DNA of 59,473 bases from an uncultured Enterobacteriaceae bacterium (lineage in GTDB: Bacteria > Pseudomonadota > Gammaproteobacteria > Eutrophobiales > Eutrophobiaceae). The position numbers were made by a program, and so were the translations under genes. The stretch lies in NCBI GenBank assembly GCA_964509455.1, contig CAZDXS010000157.1:1-59473 (forward strand). The letters run 5' to 3'. Below the pieces are notes generated by a model. That model saw only the letters and a program-made list of their open reading frames with translations. It searched no databases and had not been told where the DNA came from. Shown here piece by piece: positions 1 through 10,062 of the stretch (positions are counted from its first letter, which is position 1; each line of letters begins with the position of its first letter).

Positions 1-630
1 CTCTATGCCAGTCGTCGCAACCCCTCCCGCCAATGATGCCCCCGCAACCCGGCGATATGTAGTTCCGGCGGAGACCGGGCCGCGAGGGACTTTGCGAGGA
101 TCCTCCGCCGGAAATTCAGTCAGCGGCAATGACGGCCGGCAACTACCGGTGCCGCGCCTCCCGCGCCGCCCGCACTTGCCCGGCGAACCCGCATTTGTCC
201 GATGCCGCGCCTCCCGCGCCGTCCACCGCGCCCGAGGCCGCGCCGCTTGCCCGGCATCATCGCATTTTTCCCTGCCGGCTGTCGTAAATCCTTCCGTTAA
301 TAGCGCCCTCGCAACCCGGCGATATGTAAATCCCGGCGGAGACCGGGCCGCGAGGGACTTTGCGAGGATCCTCCGCCGGAAATTCAGTTAGCGGCAATGA
401 CGGCCGGCAACTACCGGTGCCGCGCCGCCTGCGCCTCCCGCGCCGCCCACCGCGCCCGATGCCGCGCCGCCTGCGCGGCGCCATCACATTGTCTCCATGC
501 CAGTCGTCGCAAATCCTCCCGTTAATAGCGCCCTCGCAACCCGGCGATATGTAAATCCCGGCGGAGACCGGGCTGCGAGGGACTTTTCGAGAGATCCTCC
601 GCCGGAAATTTAGTTAGCGGGGACGACAGC
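1..630. repeat. Three copies of an ~90-115 bp palindromic intergenic repeat (units start 43, 310, 535)
   Basis: CGCAACCCGGCGATATGT...CCGGCGGAG-N29-CTCCGCCGG-AAATT recurs three times; the CCGGCGGAG/CTCCGCCGG arms form a stem. Confidence 0.9.
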
Positions 631-649
631 CGGCGGCCGCCGTTCCCGG

Positions 650-1507
650 CTACTTGGCCACCACCACCATGGCCGGCCGCAACAAGCGCCCGTTCAGCTC
701 GTATCCTTTCTGCATCACCTCCATCACCAGGCCCGCTTTGTGGTCCTTGGAATCCTGCATGGAGACGGCCTCGTGCCATTCCGGGTCAAACTTCTCGCCC
801 AGCGGTTCAATGGGGCGCACCCCGAACTTGTCCAGGCAGTCGAAAAACATTTTCAGGGTAAGTTCCATGCCTTCCCGCAGGGCCGCGGCGTCCGCCTCCG
901 CCGCGGCGTCAATGCCGCGCTCCATGCTGTCCGCCACGGGCAACAACTCTTTTACAAATCTCTCCAGGGCGTACTTGTGAGCGTTCTCCATGTCGCGGGC
1001 GGTGCGCTTGCGCAGGTTGTCCATTTCCGCCGTGATGCGCAGCGCTTTGTCGAGGTTCTCCTGGGCCTGTTGTTCCAGGCGCTGGTTTTCCTGCGCCAGG
1101 ACGGCGAACTCATCCACGGCCGCGGCGGCGCTGTCGGCGACGGCCGCGGCTGTCTCGCCGTTGGTGGCGTTTCTGTCACCGGCGGTCGCATTGCCTCCGT
1201 CCGCGTCGATTGCCGCGGCGTTGCTGTCGCCGCCGGTCGCGGCGGTTGTCTCCCCGTTCGCGGCGGCGTTGTCGGCGGCGGTCGCGGCGGTCGTCTCCCC
1301 GTTCGCGGCGGCGTTGTCGTTGGCAGTCGCGGCGGTCGTCTCCCCGTTTGCGGCGCTGTTTTCGCCGGCGGCCGCTGTGTTGTTGTCGCCAGGCGCCGCG
1401 CCGTGGCCGTCAGCGCCGGCGGCCGCGCGCCCGGCAGAGTTTCCCCCGGACTCCCCGGCGGCGGCTGTTGCGTCCTGTTGTTCTGTTGCCTGTTCAGTCT
1501 TGGTCAT
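650..1507 (-). CDS. grpE: Nucleotide exchange factor GrpE with long low-complexity N-terminus
   Basis: AEMDNLRKRT, LLPVADSMERG, GEKFDPEWHEAV, QKGYELNGRLLRPAMVVVAK; ATG at 1507; downstream of hrcA. Confidence 0.96.
   Translation of the reverse strand: MTKTEQATEQQDATAAAGESGGNSAGRAAAGADGHGAAPGDNNTAAAGENSAANGETTAATANDNAAANGETTAATAADNAAANGETTAATGGDSNAAAIDADGGNATAGDRNATNGETAAAVADSAAAAVDEFAVLAQENQRLEQQAQENLDKALRITAEMDNLRKRTARDMENAHKYALERFVKELLPVADSMERGIDAAAEADAAALREGMELTLKMFFDCLDKFGVRPIEPLGEKFDPEWHEAVSMQDSKDHKAGLVMEVMQKGYELNGRLLRPAMVVVAK
1236..1360 (-). repeat. 45-bp coding tandem repeat (x3) in the grpE N-terminus
   Basis: GTCGCGGCGGT(T/C)GTCTCCCCGTT at 1236, 1281, 1326; encodes NAAANGETTAATAxD. 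Confidence 0.9.
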
Positions 1508-1571
1508 GGATGTGTCCCGTGAAGTGAAAAAAGTCCGTGCGGCGCCTTGGACGCGCACCGTCCCAACAGGA

Positions 1572-2639
1572 TTATTGGGGCTGATTTGTAGAATTCAAGG
1601 CCGAGCCCAGGATGCGGGCGGTCACGTCCACGAGAGGGATGACCCGCTCGTAGTGCATGCGGGTGGGCCCGATGACCCCCAGCACGCCTAACACCCGCCC
1701 CTCCATCTCGTAGGGAGAGGTCACGATGCTGCAGTCGTCCAGCACCTCGTAGCCCGACTCCTCGCCGATGAAGATTTGCACCCCCTTGGCGTTGATCGCG
1801 TGTTCCAGCAGGTGCAGGATGTCCCGCTTCTGGTTGAAGCTTTCGAACAGGCGCTTTAGCTTCTCCAAGTCGTGGAGGTCGGCCACGTCCATCAGGTTGG
1901 TGTGGCCCGAGATCACCACGTCGTCATCGGCGGCGGGCGCGTCAAAGGCCTGTTGCGCCATTTCAATGGCCGTTTGCATCAGCTCGTTGACGTCTTCTTT
2001 CAGCTTGTGCAACTCGCCCAGCACCTGGCCGCGAATGGCGCCCAGGGCCTTGCCGCGGCAGGCGGAGTTGAGGTAGTTGGCGGCCTCTTGCAGGCGGGCG
2101 GGGGAGTAGGGCTTGGCCGTGCGGATGATGCGGTTCTGGATTTCCTTGTTGCTCCACACCAGGATGACGAGGATGCGATTCTCCGACAGGGCGACGAACT
2201 CGATGTGTTCCAGAGCGTTTTGCCCGACCCGAGGCAACATGACGACGGCGGCCAGCCGGGTGATGTCGGACAACATGCTGGAAGTGCGCTTCACCAGCAA
2301 CTCGACGCCGCTTTCCGCGGCCATTTCCCGCGCCATGCGCTCCACCTCCCGCTCCGCCGGTTGCTCAATGCGCAACAAGTGGTCGATGAACAGTCGGTAG
2401 CCGCGGGCCGTGGGAATGCGTCCGGCGGAAGTGTGGGGGGATTGCAACAGCCCCATGTCCTCCAAGTCCGCCATTACATTGCGTATGGTGGCGGGGCTCA
2501 GCGCCAGGTCGGTGTCGCGGGCCAAGGTGCGCGACCCCACCGGCTGGCCGTCCCGGATGAAATGCTCAACCAGGGACTTGAACAGCGCCAGGTTGCGCTC
2601 GTTCAACTCGGAAACGGAACGGGGGTGATTTTTTCTCAT
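1572..2639 (-). CDS. hrcA: Heat-inducible transcription repressor HrcA
   Basis: QPVGSRTL, LSPATIRNVMADLE, PHTSAGRIPT, GVLGVIGPTRMHY; likely ATG at 2639. Confidence 0.96.
   Translation of the reverse strand: MRKNHPRSVSELNERNLALFKSLVEHFIRDGQPVGSRTLARDTDLALSPATIRNVMADLEDMGLLQSPHTSAGRIPTARGYRLFIDHLLRIEQPAEREVERMAREMAAESGVELLVKRTSSMLSDITRLAAVVMLPRVGQNALEHIEFVALSENRILVILVWSNKEIQNRIIRTAKPYSPARLQEAANYLNSACRGKALGAIRGQVLGELHKLKEDVNELMQTAIEMAQQAFDAPAADDDVVISGHTNLMDVADLHDLEKLKRLFESFNQKRDILHLLEHAINAKGVQIFIGEESGYEVLDDCSIVTSPYEMEGRVLGVLGVIGPTRMHYERVIPLVDVTARILGSALNSTNQPQ
1574..1599 (-). promoter_or_regulatory. Putative sigma32 promoter for grpE within the last codons of hrcA
   Basis: Minus strand CTTGAA-N13-CCCCAAT versus consensus CTTGAA-N13/14-CCCCATnT; upstream of a heat-shock gene. 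Confidence 0.6.
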
Positions 2640-3005
2640 GGTTTTCGCACGGCGATGCCGGGCTGTCGCCCCGGGGCGCCTCCCTAAGGGAGCAGGCGCC
2701 GCCCGGCGCATCCGGCAAGGCAATGTTGGCATGTTGCTTCGCGGTTTTGCGGTTATCCTCCGAATTTCAAGTTCCCATATTACCAGAGTTTCCCCTCGCG
2801 GCGATGCATTGTCGGCGCGGCGCTTGCTCGCCTGCGCCGCCGGGAACGGCGGCGGGCGACGCGTTGTCGGCATGGTGCGCCGCGTCCTTGATGATTTGGT
2901 TGCTGTGACCCGCGCCGGTCAGGGTTGCCTGGCGCCGAACGAATATCCCAGGTTTGCGTCCTTGCAGCGAAGCGCACCCGTTCCCCGCCTTCCCGCCTCC
3001 CCGCG

Positions 3006-4016
3006 TCAGGGATGCGCCCCAGGTTTCCGCTTTCCCTTGAACAACTCCTCCGACGGCGTCCAGTCCGTTGCCTCCCGGTCCGCCAGGCGCAACCACTCGG
3101 TGATTCGTTCCGACGGGGAACAGGGAAATCCCCAGTATTCCTCGAACAGCCGCTCGTCCAGCCTGGCGGCGGCGTTCCCCATTTCCGCCTCTATGTCGCG
3201 CAAGGCATCGATGATGTACTTGTGTCCCCGCTTTCCGCCGCGGGCACCAACGCTGCCCGCGCTGAATAAATCGCGCAGTTGCGGCGCGAATATTGCGCGT
3301 TGCGTGATCAGGTAAAGGCCCGCCCGGTCGTATTTCCCGCGCCGCCTGCCGGAGCGGGTGACTTCCGGGCACAACAGCGCGGCCTCTGCTCGCGCCTCCC
3401 GTTTTTCCTCGTCGGGCAACGTTCGGTAAACCCTTACTGCGATGGGGAGGGTATGAGACGGGTCAAGCCACCAGAGACGCTCGCCTTCCCCGAGCCGCTT
3501 TTTGGAGTATTCCCGGACGTGACGCATTTTCTCCTCGTCATCGAGGGCCGCGAATTCGTCATACCCCACCGCCAGCTGTTCAAACAGCGGGGCGCGGTCG
3601 CCGTCCATCTCGATTGCGAAGCGCGGCGAGTTGGACACGCGAACATGGGTAATGCAGTCCTCGTAGCGCCGCCATCTCACTTCCGGCGTTCCCCCGATTT
3701 TGCCCAACACAACATAGACGTCTTTTACTTTGGGGTCGCGCATCCCCTCAAAGATGCTGTTGCCCACGGCGAGCCACTTGTCCTGTTTCGTGTACTTGAC
3801 TTCAACGCCGTAGCCGTTGACCCGAATATCTGGGAAAGCGTGCCGGTGGAACGTTGGAGAAACCGCGACGTTCGCATCTCCAGCGGCGGCGCGAAGCATG
3901 GCCTGAACGCCTTGCTCAAAACTTTCCGGATCGCGGTAGCGTGCGCTCGTCCTGACACTATCAGTCAGCATCTCGACGGCGCGGTCGAGAACCAGTTCAA
4001 ATTCTTTACGGTTCAA
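3006..4016 (-). CDS. Putative type II restriction endonuclease (PD-(D/E)XK)
   Basis: FPDIRVNGYGVEVK fits PD-x(n)-EVK; TTG start overlaps the stop of the upstream C5 methyltransferase. Confidence 0.7.
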   Translation of the reverse strand: MNRKEFELVLDRAVEMLTDSVRTSARYRDPESFEQGVQAMLRAAAGDANVAVSPTFHRHAFPDIRVNGYGVEVKYTKQDKWLAVGNSIFEGMRDPKVKDVYVVLGKIGGTPEVRWRRYEDCITHVRVSNSPRFAIEMDGDRAPLFEQLAVGYDEFAALDDEEKMRHVREYSKKRLGEGERLWWLDPSHTLPIAVRVYRTLPDEEKREARAEAALLCPEVTRSGRRRGKYDRAGLYLITQRAIFAPQLRDLFSAGSVGARGGKRGHKYIIDALRDIEAEMGNAAARLDERLFEEYWGFPCSPSERITEWLRLADREATDWTPSEELFKGKRKPGAHP

Positions 4017-5061
4017 GACGTCCCCTGACGGCTTGCGCGATGTGCCACGCGAGCGCGGGAGGAACGGCGTTGCCTATCTGGCGCTCCATCTCCCGCATAC
4101 CGCCGTGAAAAGTGAAAGAGTCGGGGAAAGACTGCAACCGTGCGGCCTCGCGCAGGGAAATGCGCCGCGCCAGGCTATAGTGCCATTGAATATTGCCGTG
4201 ATGCTCCGCTCGAATCGTGGTGGCCGGCTTATTTGCCGCGAGCCGTCGGTCGCCTTGCTCCGGACTCCGCTTGGCCTTGCTCCAAATATGTCCGAATGCG
4301 GGCGTCTCGGGTTGCCCCTCAAGATCAGCCAGCGCTTCGCTCGCGGTTATATGCGCCAAGGCGGGCGCTGGATGAGCAAACGCCGCGCCGTCCCGCACGC
4401 CGACAATGAACAGGCGTTCACGCATTTGCGGCACGCCGTAATCGGCCGCCAGGTAAAGACGATAACTTACCCGGTAGCCTGTTGCCCTGAAGTCCGCAAG
4501 CATCTGGTTGAAAAATGGGCGTCCATGAGCCTGCAACAGCCCCTTTACATTTTCCGCTGCGAAAACCCTGGGTTGCACGCGCTTGATCGCCTCCACCATG
4601 TAATGATAGAGAACAGTGCGCCCGCCGCCGGCGCCGCGCTTCGCGCCGTTTATGGAAACGTCCTGGCAGGGGAAGCCGCCGATGAGCACGTCCGCCGCCT
4701 CAGGGAGGGTCTCGATGGCGTCGGCGATGTCCCCTTCGTTGATGACGCACCCCAGGTTCTCAGCGTACGTGCGGCACGCCGCCGCGTTGTTGTCGTTCGC
4801 CCACACAATCTCGAACGGCAAGCGCGGGTAGTGCGTTCCCGCGAAAAAGAAGCCGCCCGTAAAGCCAAGGTCCATGCCGCCGCAGCCTGAAAACAGGCTG
4901 ATCACCTTGTGCCTTGCCCGGGCGCGGCCGCGCCCTCCGGCGGTGCCGGGGGTGTGCGCCGCCCGGCGGCGCCCGTGCTTCTTGCGGCCGCGGCCGTCCT
5001 CTCCGGCAACAGGTTGAGCGGCGGCGCCGGAAGCGTGTTGGGGGACGGGGCGGGCGCTCAT
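4006..5061 (-). CDS. DNA (cytosine-5)-methyltransferase
   Basis: FSGCGGMDLG (I), GGFPCQ (IV), ENVKG (VI), QMRERLFIVG (VIII), RQIGNAVPP (X). Confidence 0.95.
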   Translation of the reverse strand: MSARPVPQHASGAAAQPVAGEDGRGRKKHGRRRAAHTPGTAGGRGRARARHKVISLFSGCGGMDLGFTGGFFFAGTHYPRLPFEIVWANDNNAAACRTYAENLGCVINEGDIADAIETLPEAADVLIGGFPCQDVSINGAKRGAGGGRTVLYHYMVEAIKRVQPRVFAAENVKGLLQAHGRPFFNQMLADFRATGYRVSYRLYLAADYGVPQMRERLFIVGVRDGAAFAHPAPALAHITASEALADLEGQPETPAFGHIWSKAKRSPEQGDRRLAANKPATTIRAEHHGNIQWHYSLARRISLREAARLQSFPDSFTFHGGMREMERQIGNAVPPALAWHIAQAVRGRLEP

Positions 5062-5522
5062 GGCGTGTCGCCGGGCGCGGGCTTGTCGCAGGCCGTGCCC
5101 GGCGCGGGGTTAAAAAGGCTGTTGCCGCGCCGCCGCCGTACTCCACCCGTCAGCCGTGCGCCGGGAAACCTTTCGCGGGAACTGCGGCAAGCCAGGGTGT
5201 TCCGGGCATTCATCAGGCGTTTATCCTCGTGTGATTGCTGTTGTCGGGCAAATGCCTTGCCCGGTCTGCCCGGCCGCTTCTGTGGAAATCTTGCACCGGC
5301 GCCGTTCGGGCAAGCGACGCCCCGCTTGCTCAGCTGGATATCCTGCTATTTTATCGCACAATCGTCCGCCGGGGTAAAATCATCTTGGTTGTGCGGCGCC
5401 GACGTGGTATCCTGCATGCCAATGACGGGCCGCAGCCTGCGGGCGCGGCCGGGCTTTCCGCCAATGACAACAAGGAAAAATAAGCCGTCCCGCGTTGCCC
5501 CGGGGCGTAGAGGACAACGACC

Positions 5523-6383
5523 ATGTTCAAGACCATAGCCCTTATCACCAACAGCAGCACGGAAAAAATCATCCACACCTTGCAGGCGGTCATAGAGTAC
5601 CTGCAGGGTCGAGATGTGGAGGTGGTGCTGGATGAGTTCTCCGCCGGCCTGGCGCCGGACCTGAACCTCAGGCAGGGGGGCGCCGACTATTTCGGCTCGC
5701 ACTGCGACCTGGCCATCACCATCGGCGGCGACGGCACCATGTTGCGCGCCGCGCACCTGCTGACGGACTACAACGTGCCGTTGCTGGGCATCAACCGGGG
5801 GCGGCTGGGCTTCCTTGCCGACATTCCCGCCGATTCCGTCATCGAGCGCTTGGAGGAGATACTCAGCGGCAACTACGTAGAAGACGAACGCTTTCAGTTG
5901 CACTGCGAGGTGGAGAGCAAGGGCAAAATCCTGCTGGAAAGCCGCGCCTTCAACGAGGTGATTGTGCAAAAATCCAACGCGGCCCGGCTGGTGGAGCTGG
6001 AGACGTTTGTCAACGGCAACTTCCTCCACAACCAGCGCGCCGACGGCATGATCATCTCCTCGCCCACCGGCTCCACCGCTTATGCGCTGTCCAGCGGCGG
6101 CCCCATACTGCACCCCACCCTGAACGCTCTGTTGCTGGCGCCCGTCAGTCCGCACACGTTGAGCAATCGTCCCATCGTCATCGACGGCGACAGCGTGGTG
6201 GAAATCGTCATCAGCTCGCAGCAAGTGGACCGGGCCTGCCTGACTTGCGACGGCGAAATCGTTTGCGAGCTGACCACGGGCGACAAGGTGAACGTGCAAA
6301 AGAAAGACAAAAAGATACGGCTCATCCATCCCGCAGACCACGACCATTTCAAGACGCTGCGGGACAAGCTGAACTGGGGATGA
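5523..6383 (+). CDS. nadK: NAD kinase
   Basis: GGDGT, GINRGRLGFL, FNE, ADGMIISSPTGSTAYALSSGGP; adjacent to recN. Confidence 0.96.
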   Translation: MFKTIALITNSSTEKIIHTLQAVIEYLQGRDVEVVLDEFSAGLAPDLNLRQGGADYFGSHCDLAITIGGDGTMLRAAHLLTDYNVPLLGINRGRLGFLADIPADSVIERLEEILSGNYVEDERFQLHCEVESKGKILLESRAFNEVIVQKSNAARLVELETFVNGNFLHNQRADGMIISSPTGSTAYALSSGGPILHPTLNALLLAPVSPHTLSNRPIVIDGDSVVEIVISSQQVDRACLTCDGEIVCELTTGDKVNVQKKDKKIRLIHPADHDHFKTLRDKLNWG

Positions 6384-6474
6384 ACCGCCGTCGCCCGTCT
6401 CTTCGCGTTGCGCGCGCCTTGGGCGCGGGGTGCGTTGCACCGGGTATGAACCACCACCGCGCCGGCGCCGCCCG

Positions 6475-8205
6475 ATGTTAACGCGTCTTTTCATCATCAA
6501 CTTCGCGGTCATCGACCGCGTGGAGATAGCCTTTCAGGAAGGATTGACCGTGCTGACCGGCGAAACCGGCGCCGGCAAGTCCATATTAGTGGACGCCCTG
6601 GGGCTGGCGTTGGGCGGCCGGGCGGACCCTGCCGTCATCCGCACCGGTTGCGACCGTGCGGAAATCAGCGCCGAGTTCAACATCGACGGCAACGAAGACC
6701 TGTTGCGCCTGTTGCAAGAGCAGTCCATTCCGGTGTACGAAGACGGACTGACGCTGCGCCGGGTGGTGAACGCCGCCGGCCCCTCCCGCGCCTACGTCAA
6801 TGCCGCGGCGGCGCCGGCGCAACTGTTGCGGGAAGTCGGCGCCTGCCTGGTGGATATTTACGGCCAGCATGCGCATCAGTCCCTGCTGAAAAGGGGCGAA
6901 CAGCGGGAGTTGTTGGACGATTTTGGCGACTACGGCGCCGTGCTGGGGCAGGTGCGCCGGTCTTTCGCCCGGTGGGACGCGGCCGCTCGCGAACTGGGGC
7001 GGCTGACCCAGGGCGGAGAGGAGTTTGACGCCCAGGCGGCGTTGCTTCGCTACCAGGTGGAGGAGCTGGACGGGCTGGATCTGCAGGAAAACGAGCCGGA
7101 GCGCCTGGAGGTCGAGTACCGGCAGCTGGCCAACGCCGACCGCCTGCTGGAAGTCACCCAGGCGTCCCTGCACGACCTGTACGGCGGCGACCAGTCCCTG
7201 AACGACCGCCTCGGCGCCGTGAAAAGGGAGCTGGCTTCCCTGGAGAAACTGGACGCCGGCCTGGCGAACGTGGGCGAGTTGCTGGAGAATGCGACCATAC
7301 AGGTGGCAGAGGCGGCCGACGAATTGCGCGCCTACCTGGACGGACTGGAGCAGGACCCCGCCCGCCTGCGCGCCGTGGAACAACGCCTGGAACTGTTGCA
7401 AGACACGGCCCGCAAGCACCGGGTGTCGCCCGGGCAACTGTACCAGCGTCACCTGGCGTTGCGGCAGGAGTTGGAGGAGATGGAGGGCGCCCGGGAGCGG
7501 GTAGCGGAACTGGAGCAGGCCCAAGATGCGGCGCTGGCGGAGTACCGGGCGGCGGCGGCGCAACTGGGCGAGCACCGGCGCGAGTCCGCCGCGGCCATGG
7601 CGGCGCAGGTCGCGGAGCTCATTCGCTCCCTGGGCATGCCGCAGGCGGAGTTCCAGGTCGCGGTGGAGACGGCGGCGGACGCACAACCCCGCGAAAAAGG
7701 CGACGACCAGGCGGAGTTCCTCATCTCCGCCAACCCCGGCCAGGCGCCGCAACCGCTGCGCAAGGTGGCGTCGGGCGGGGAGTTGTCGCGCATCGGCCTG
7801 GCGGTGCAAGTGAGCGTGAACCGGGACCGGGCCTTGGAGGCCATGATCTTCGACGAGATTGACGCAGGCATCGGCGGCGGAGTGGCGGAAATCGTGGGGC
7901 GGTTGTTGCACGAACTGGCGGCCGGCCGGCAGGTTTTCTGCGTCACCCACCTGCCGCAGGTGGCGTCCCAGGGAGACCATCACTTCCAGGTGGTGAAAGC
8001 CTCCGACGGGCAGGCTACTGAGACCCGCGTCGTGCCGCTGGCGGGGGACGAGCGAGTGGAGGAAATCGCCCGCATGGCCGGCGGCGTCACGGTCTCGGAG
8101 CGCTCCCGGGAACACGCACGGGAGATGTTGGGGCAGGGGGACGGGGACGCAGGCGCCGGCGCGGACGCGAGCGCCGGCGCGGAGGCGGGCGCGGACAGCC
8201 CGTGA
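6475..8205 (+). CDS. recN: DNA repair protein RecN
   Basis: TGETGAGKS, coiled coil, ASGGELSR, IFDEIDAGIGG, CVTHLPQVA; ATG at 6475. Confidence 0.96.
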   Translation: MLTRLFIINFAVIDRVEIAFQEGLTVLTGETGAGKSILVDALGLALGGRADPAVIRTGCDRAEISAEFNIDGNEDLLRLLQEQSIPVYEDGLTLRRVVNAAGPSRAYVNAAAAPAQLLREVGACLVDIYGQHAHQSLLKRGEQRELLDDFGDYGAVLGQVRRSFARWDAAARELGRLTQGGEEFDAQAALLRYQVEELDGLDLQENEPERLEVEYRQLANADRLLEVTQASLHDLYGGDQSLNDRLGAVKRELASLEKLDAGLANVGELLENATIQVAEAADELRAYLDGLEQDPARLRAVEQRLELLQDTARKHRVSPGQLYQRHLALRQELEEMEGARERVAELEQAQDAALAEYRAAAAQLGEHRRESAAAMAAQVAELIRSLGMPQAEFQVAVETAADAQPREKGDDQAEFLISANPGQAPQPLRKVASGGELSRIGLAVQVSVNRDRALEAMIFDEIDAGIGGGVAEIVGRLLHELAAGRQVFCVTHLPQVASQGDHHFQVVKASDGQATETRVVPLAGDERVEEIARMAGGVTVSERSREHAREMLGQGDGDAGAGADASAGAEAGADSP

Positions 8206-8469
8206 CAGTGTTGACCATGTCCGCTCGCCTGGATGCCGTTCCCCGAAGCGCGGCGCCTGCATCACCTTGTGCGGCGCCGCATGCGGCGCCGTGGCGCGGC
8301 GCGGGCGCACCTGCCGTTGTCGCAACGCCGCGAATGCGCCGGTGCGCAGGCGCGGCAAGCAACGCCGGCCTGGCGCGGATGCCGGCGCCCGGCGCGGCAA
8401 ACGCCTCAGCATTCTCTCCACGGCGCCCGCGAAACTGGTAAACTGGCTGGCAGGCAACAAGGCAACATC

Positions 8470-10062
8470 ATGGCATCCAAGCGCAAACAAAAAAACGACG
8501 CGAGCCGCACCGCAACCGCCGCCAACGGCGCGAATCTGGGCTTCGAGAGGCGGCTGTGGGCCGCCGCAGACAAGATGCGCGGCAGCATGGACCCCTCCGA
8601 GTACAAGCACATCGCCCTGGGCCTCATCTTCCTCAAGTACATCTCCGACGCTTTCGAGGCGCACCGCGCCGCCCTGCTGGAAAATAAACAGGCGGATGCG
8701 GAAGACCCGGACGAGTACCTGGCCGCCAACGTCTTCTGGGTTCCCGACAAGGCCCGCTGGTCCCACTTCCAGGCCCATGCCAGGCAACCGTCCATCGGCA
8801 AGATTATCGATGACGCCATGCATGCCATAGAGTCCAGGAACAAGATCCTCAAGGGCGTGTTGCCGAAAATCTACGCGCGCCCCATGCTGAACAAGGTGAT
8901 GTTGGGAGAGTTAATCGACCTTGTCAGCGGCATCGGCATGGGCGAGAAGAGCGACCGCTCGCGGGACGTGCTGGGCCGGGTCTATGAGTATTTTCTGGGC
9001 GCTTTCGCCAGCGCCGAGGGCAAAGGTGGCGGCGAGTTTTACACGCCCAGTTCCATCGTACGCCTGCTGGTCGAGATGCTGGAGCCCTACAAGGGCCGCG
9101 TCTATGACCCCTGTTGCGGCTCCGGCGGCATGTTCGTGCAGTCAGGGAGGTTCGTGGAAGAGCACGGCGGGCGCATCGTCGACGACATCGCCATCTACGG
9201 CCAGGAGAGCAACCCCACCACTTGGCGGCTGGCGCGAATGAACCTGGCGGTGCGGGGCATACCCGCGGAACTGCACTGGAACAACGAGGGCAGCTTCCAC
9301 AAGGATGCGCTGCCTGACCTCAAGGCCGACTTCATCCTGGCCAACCCGCCGTTCAACGATAAGGACTGGGGCGGCGAGCGTCTGCGGGAGGACGCCCGCT
9401 GGCGGTTTGGTGTGCCTGTGAGCAATTCCAACTACGCCTGGTTGCAACACATACGCCACCACCTGGCGCCCGGCGGCGCGGCGGGCGTGGTGCTGGCTAA
9501 CGTTACCATGTCCTCAGGAAAGTCCGACGAGGCCGCCATTCGCCGCGCCCTAGTAGCGGCAGACCAAGTGGACTGCATGGTGGAGTTGCCGGGACAACTT
9601 TTCTACACCACCTCGAGCCTCGCCTGTCTGTGGCTCCTTTCCCGCGACAAAAATGCCGACAAAAAAGGGGGGCGCGACCGCCGCGGCCAGGTGTTGTTCA
9701 TCGATGCCCGCGCCCTGGGCCGCATGGTGGACCGCAAGCACCGGGAATTTACGGACGAGGACATTGAGAAGGTGGCGCGTTGCTACCATGCCTGGCGCGG
9801 CGAACCAGACGCCGGCGAGTACCAAGACATTCCGGGCTTTTGCAAGGCCGCGACCCTGGAGGAAATCGAAGAGCGCGACTGCGTGTTGGCACCGGGACGC
9901 TACGTGGGGGCGGCGCCGGTGGAGGAGGACGGCGAGCCGTTCGCAGACAAGATGCGGCGCCTGGCCGCGGACCTGGGCGAGCAACAGGCCGAGGGGGCGC
10001 GGCTGGACGCGGAAATACGCCGCAACCTGCAAAAACTGGGCTTTGACGCGGGGAAGTCGTGA
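8470..10062 (+). CDS. hsdM: Type I R-M methyltransferase subunit
   Basis: [31 protein letters not shown]; ATG at 8470. Confidence 0.95.
   Translation: MASKRKQKNDASRTATAANGANLGFERRLWAAADKMRGSMDPSEYKHIALGLIFLKYISDAFEAHRAALLENKQADAEDPDEYLAANVFWVPDKARWSHFQAHARQPSIGKIIDDAMHAIESRNKILKGVLPKIYARPMLNKVMLGELIDLVSGIGMGEKSDRSRDVLGRVYEYFLGAFASAEGKGGGEFYTPSSIVRLLVEMLEPYKGRVYDPCCGSGGMFVQSGRFVEEHGGRIVDDIAIYGQESNPTTWRLARMNLAVRGIPAELHWNNEGSFHKDALPDLKADFILANPPFNDKDWGGERLREDARWRFGVPVSNSNYAWLQHIRHHLAPGGAAGVVLANVTMSSGKSDEAAIRRALVAADQVDCMVELPGQLFYTTSSLACLWLLSRDKNADKKGGRDRRGQVLFIDARALGRMVDRKHREFTDEDIEKVARCYHAWRGEPDAGEYQDIPGFCKAATLEEIEERDCVLAPGRYVGAAPVEEDGEPFADKMRRLAADLGEQQAEGARLDAEIRRNLQKLGFDAGKS

Noticed and set aside
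1500-3000. CIRCE operator near hrcA/grpE
   Set aside because: No TTAGCACTC-N9-GAGTGCTAA match seen
8206-8469. att site or integrase at the left island border
   Set aside because: No tRNA, no recombinase gene and no repeat matching the right border near 38.9-39.0 kb seen by eye
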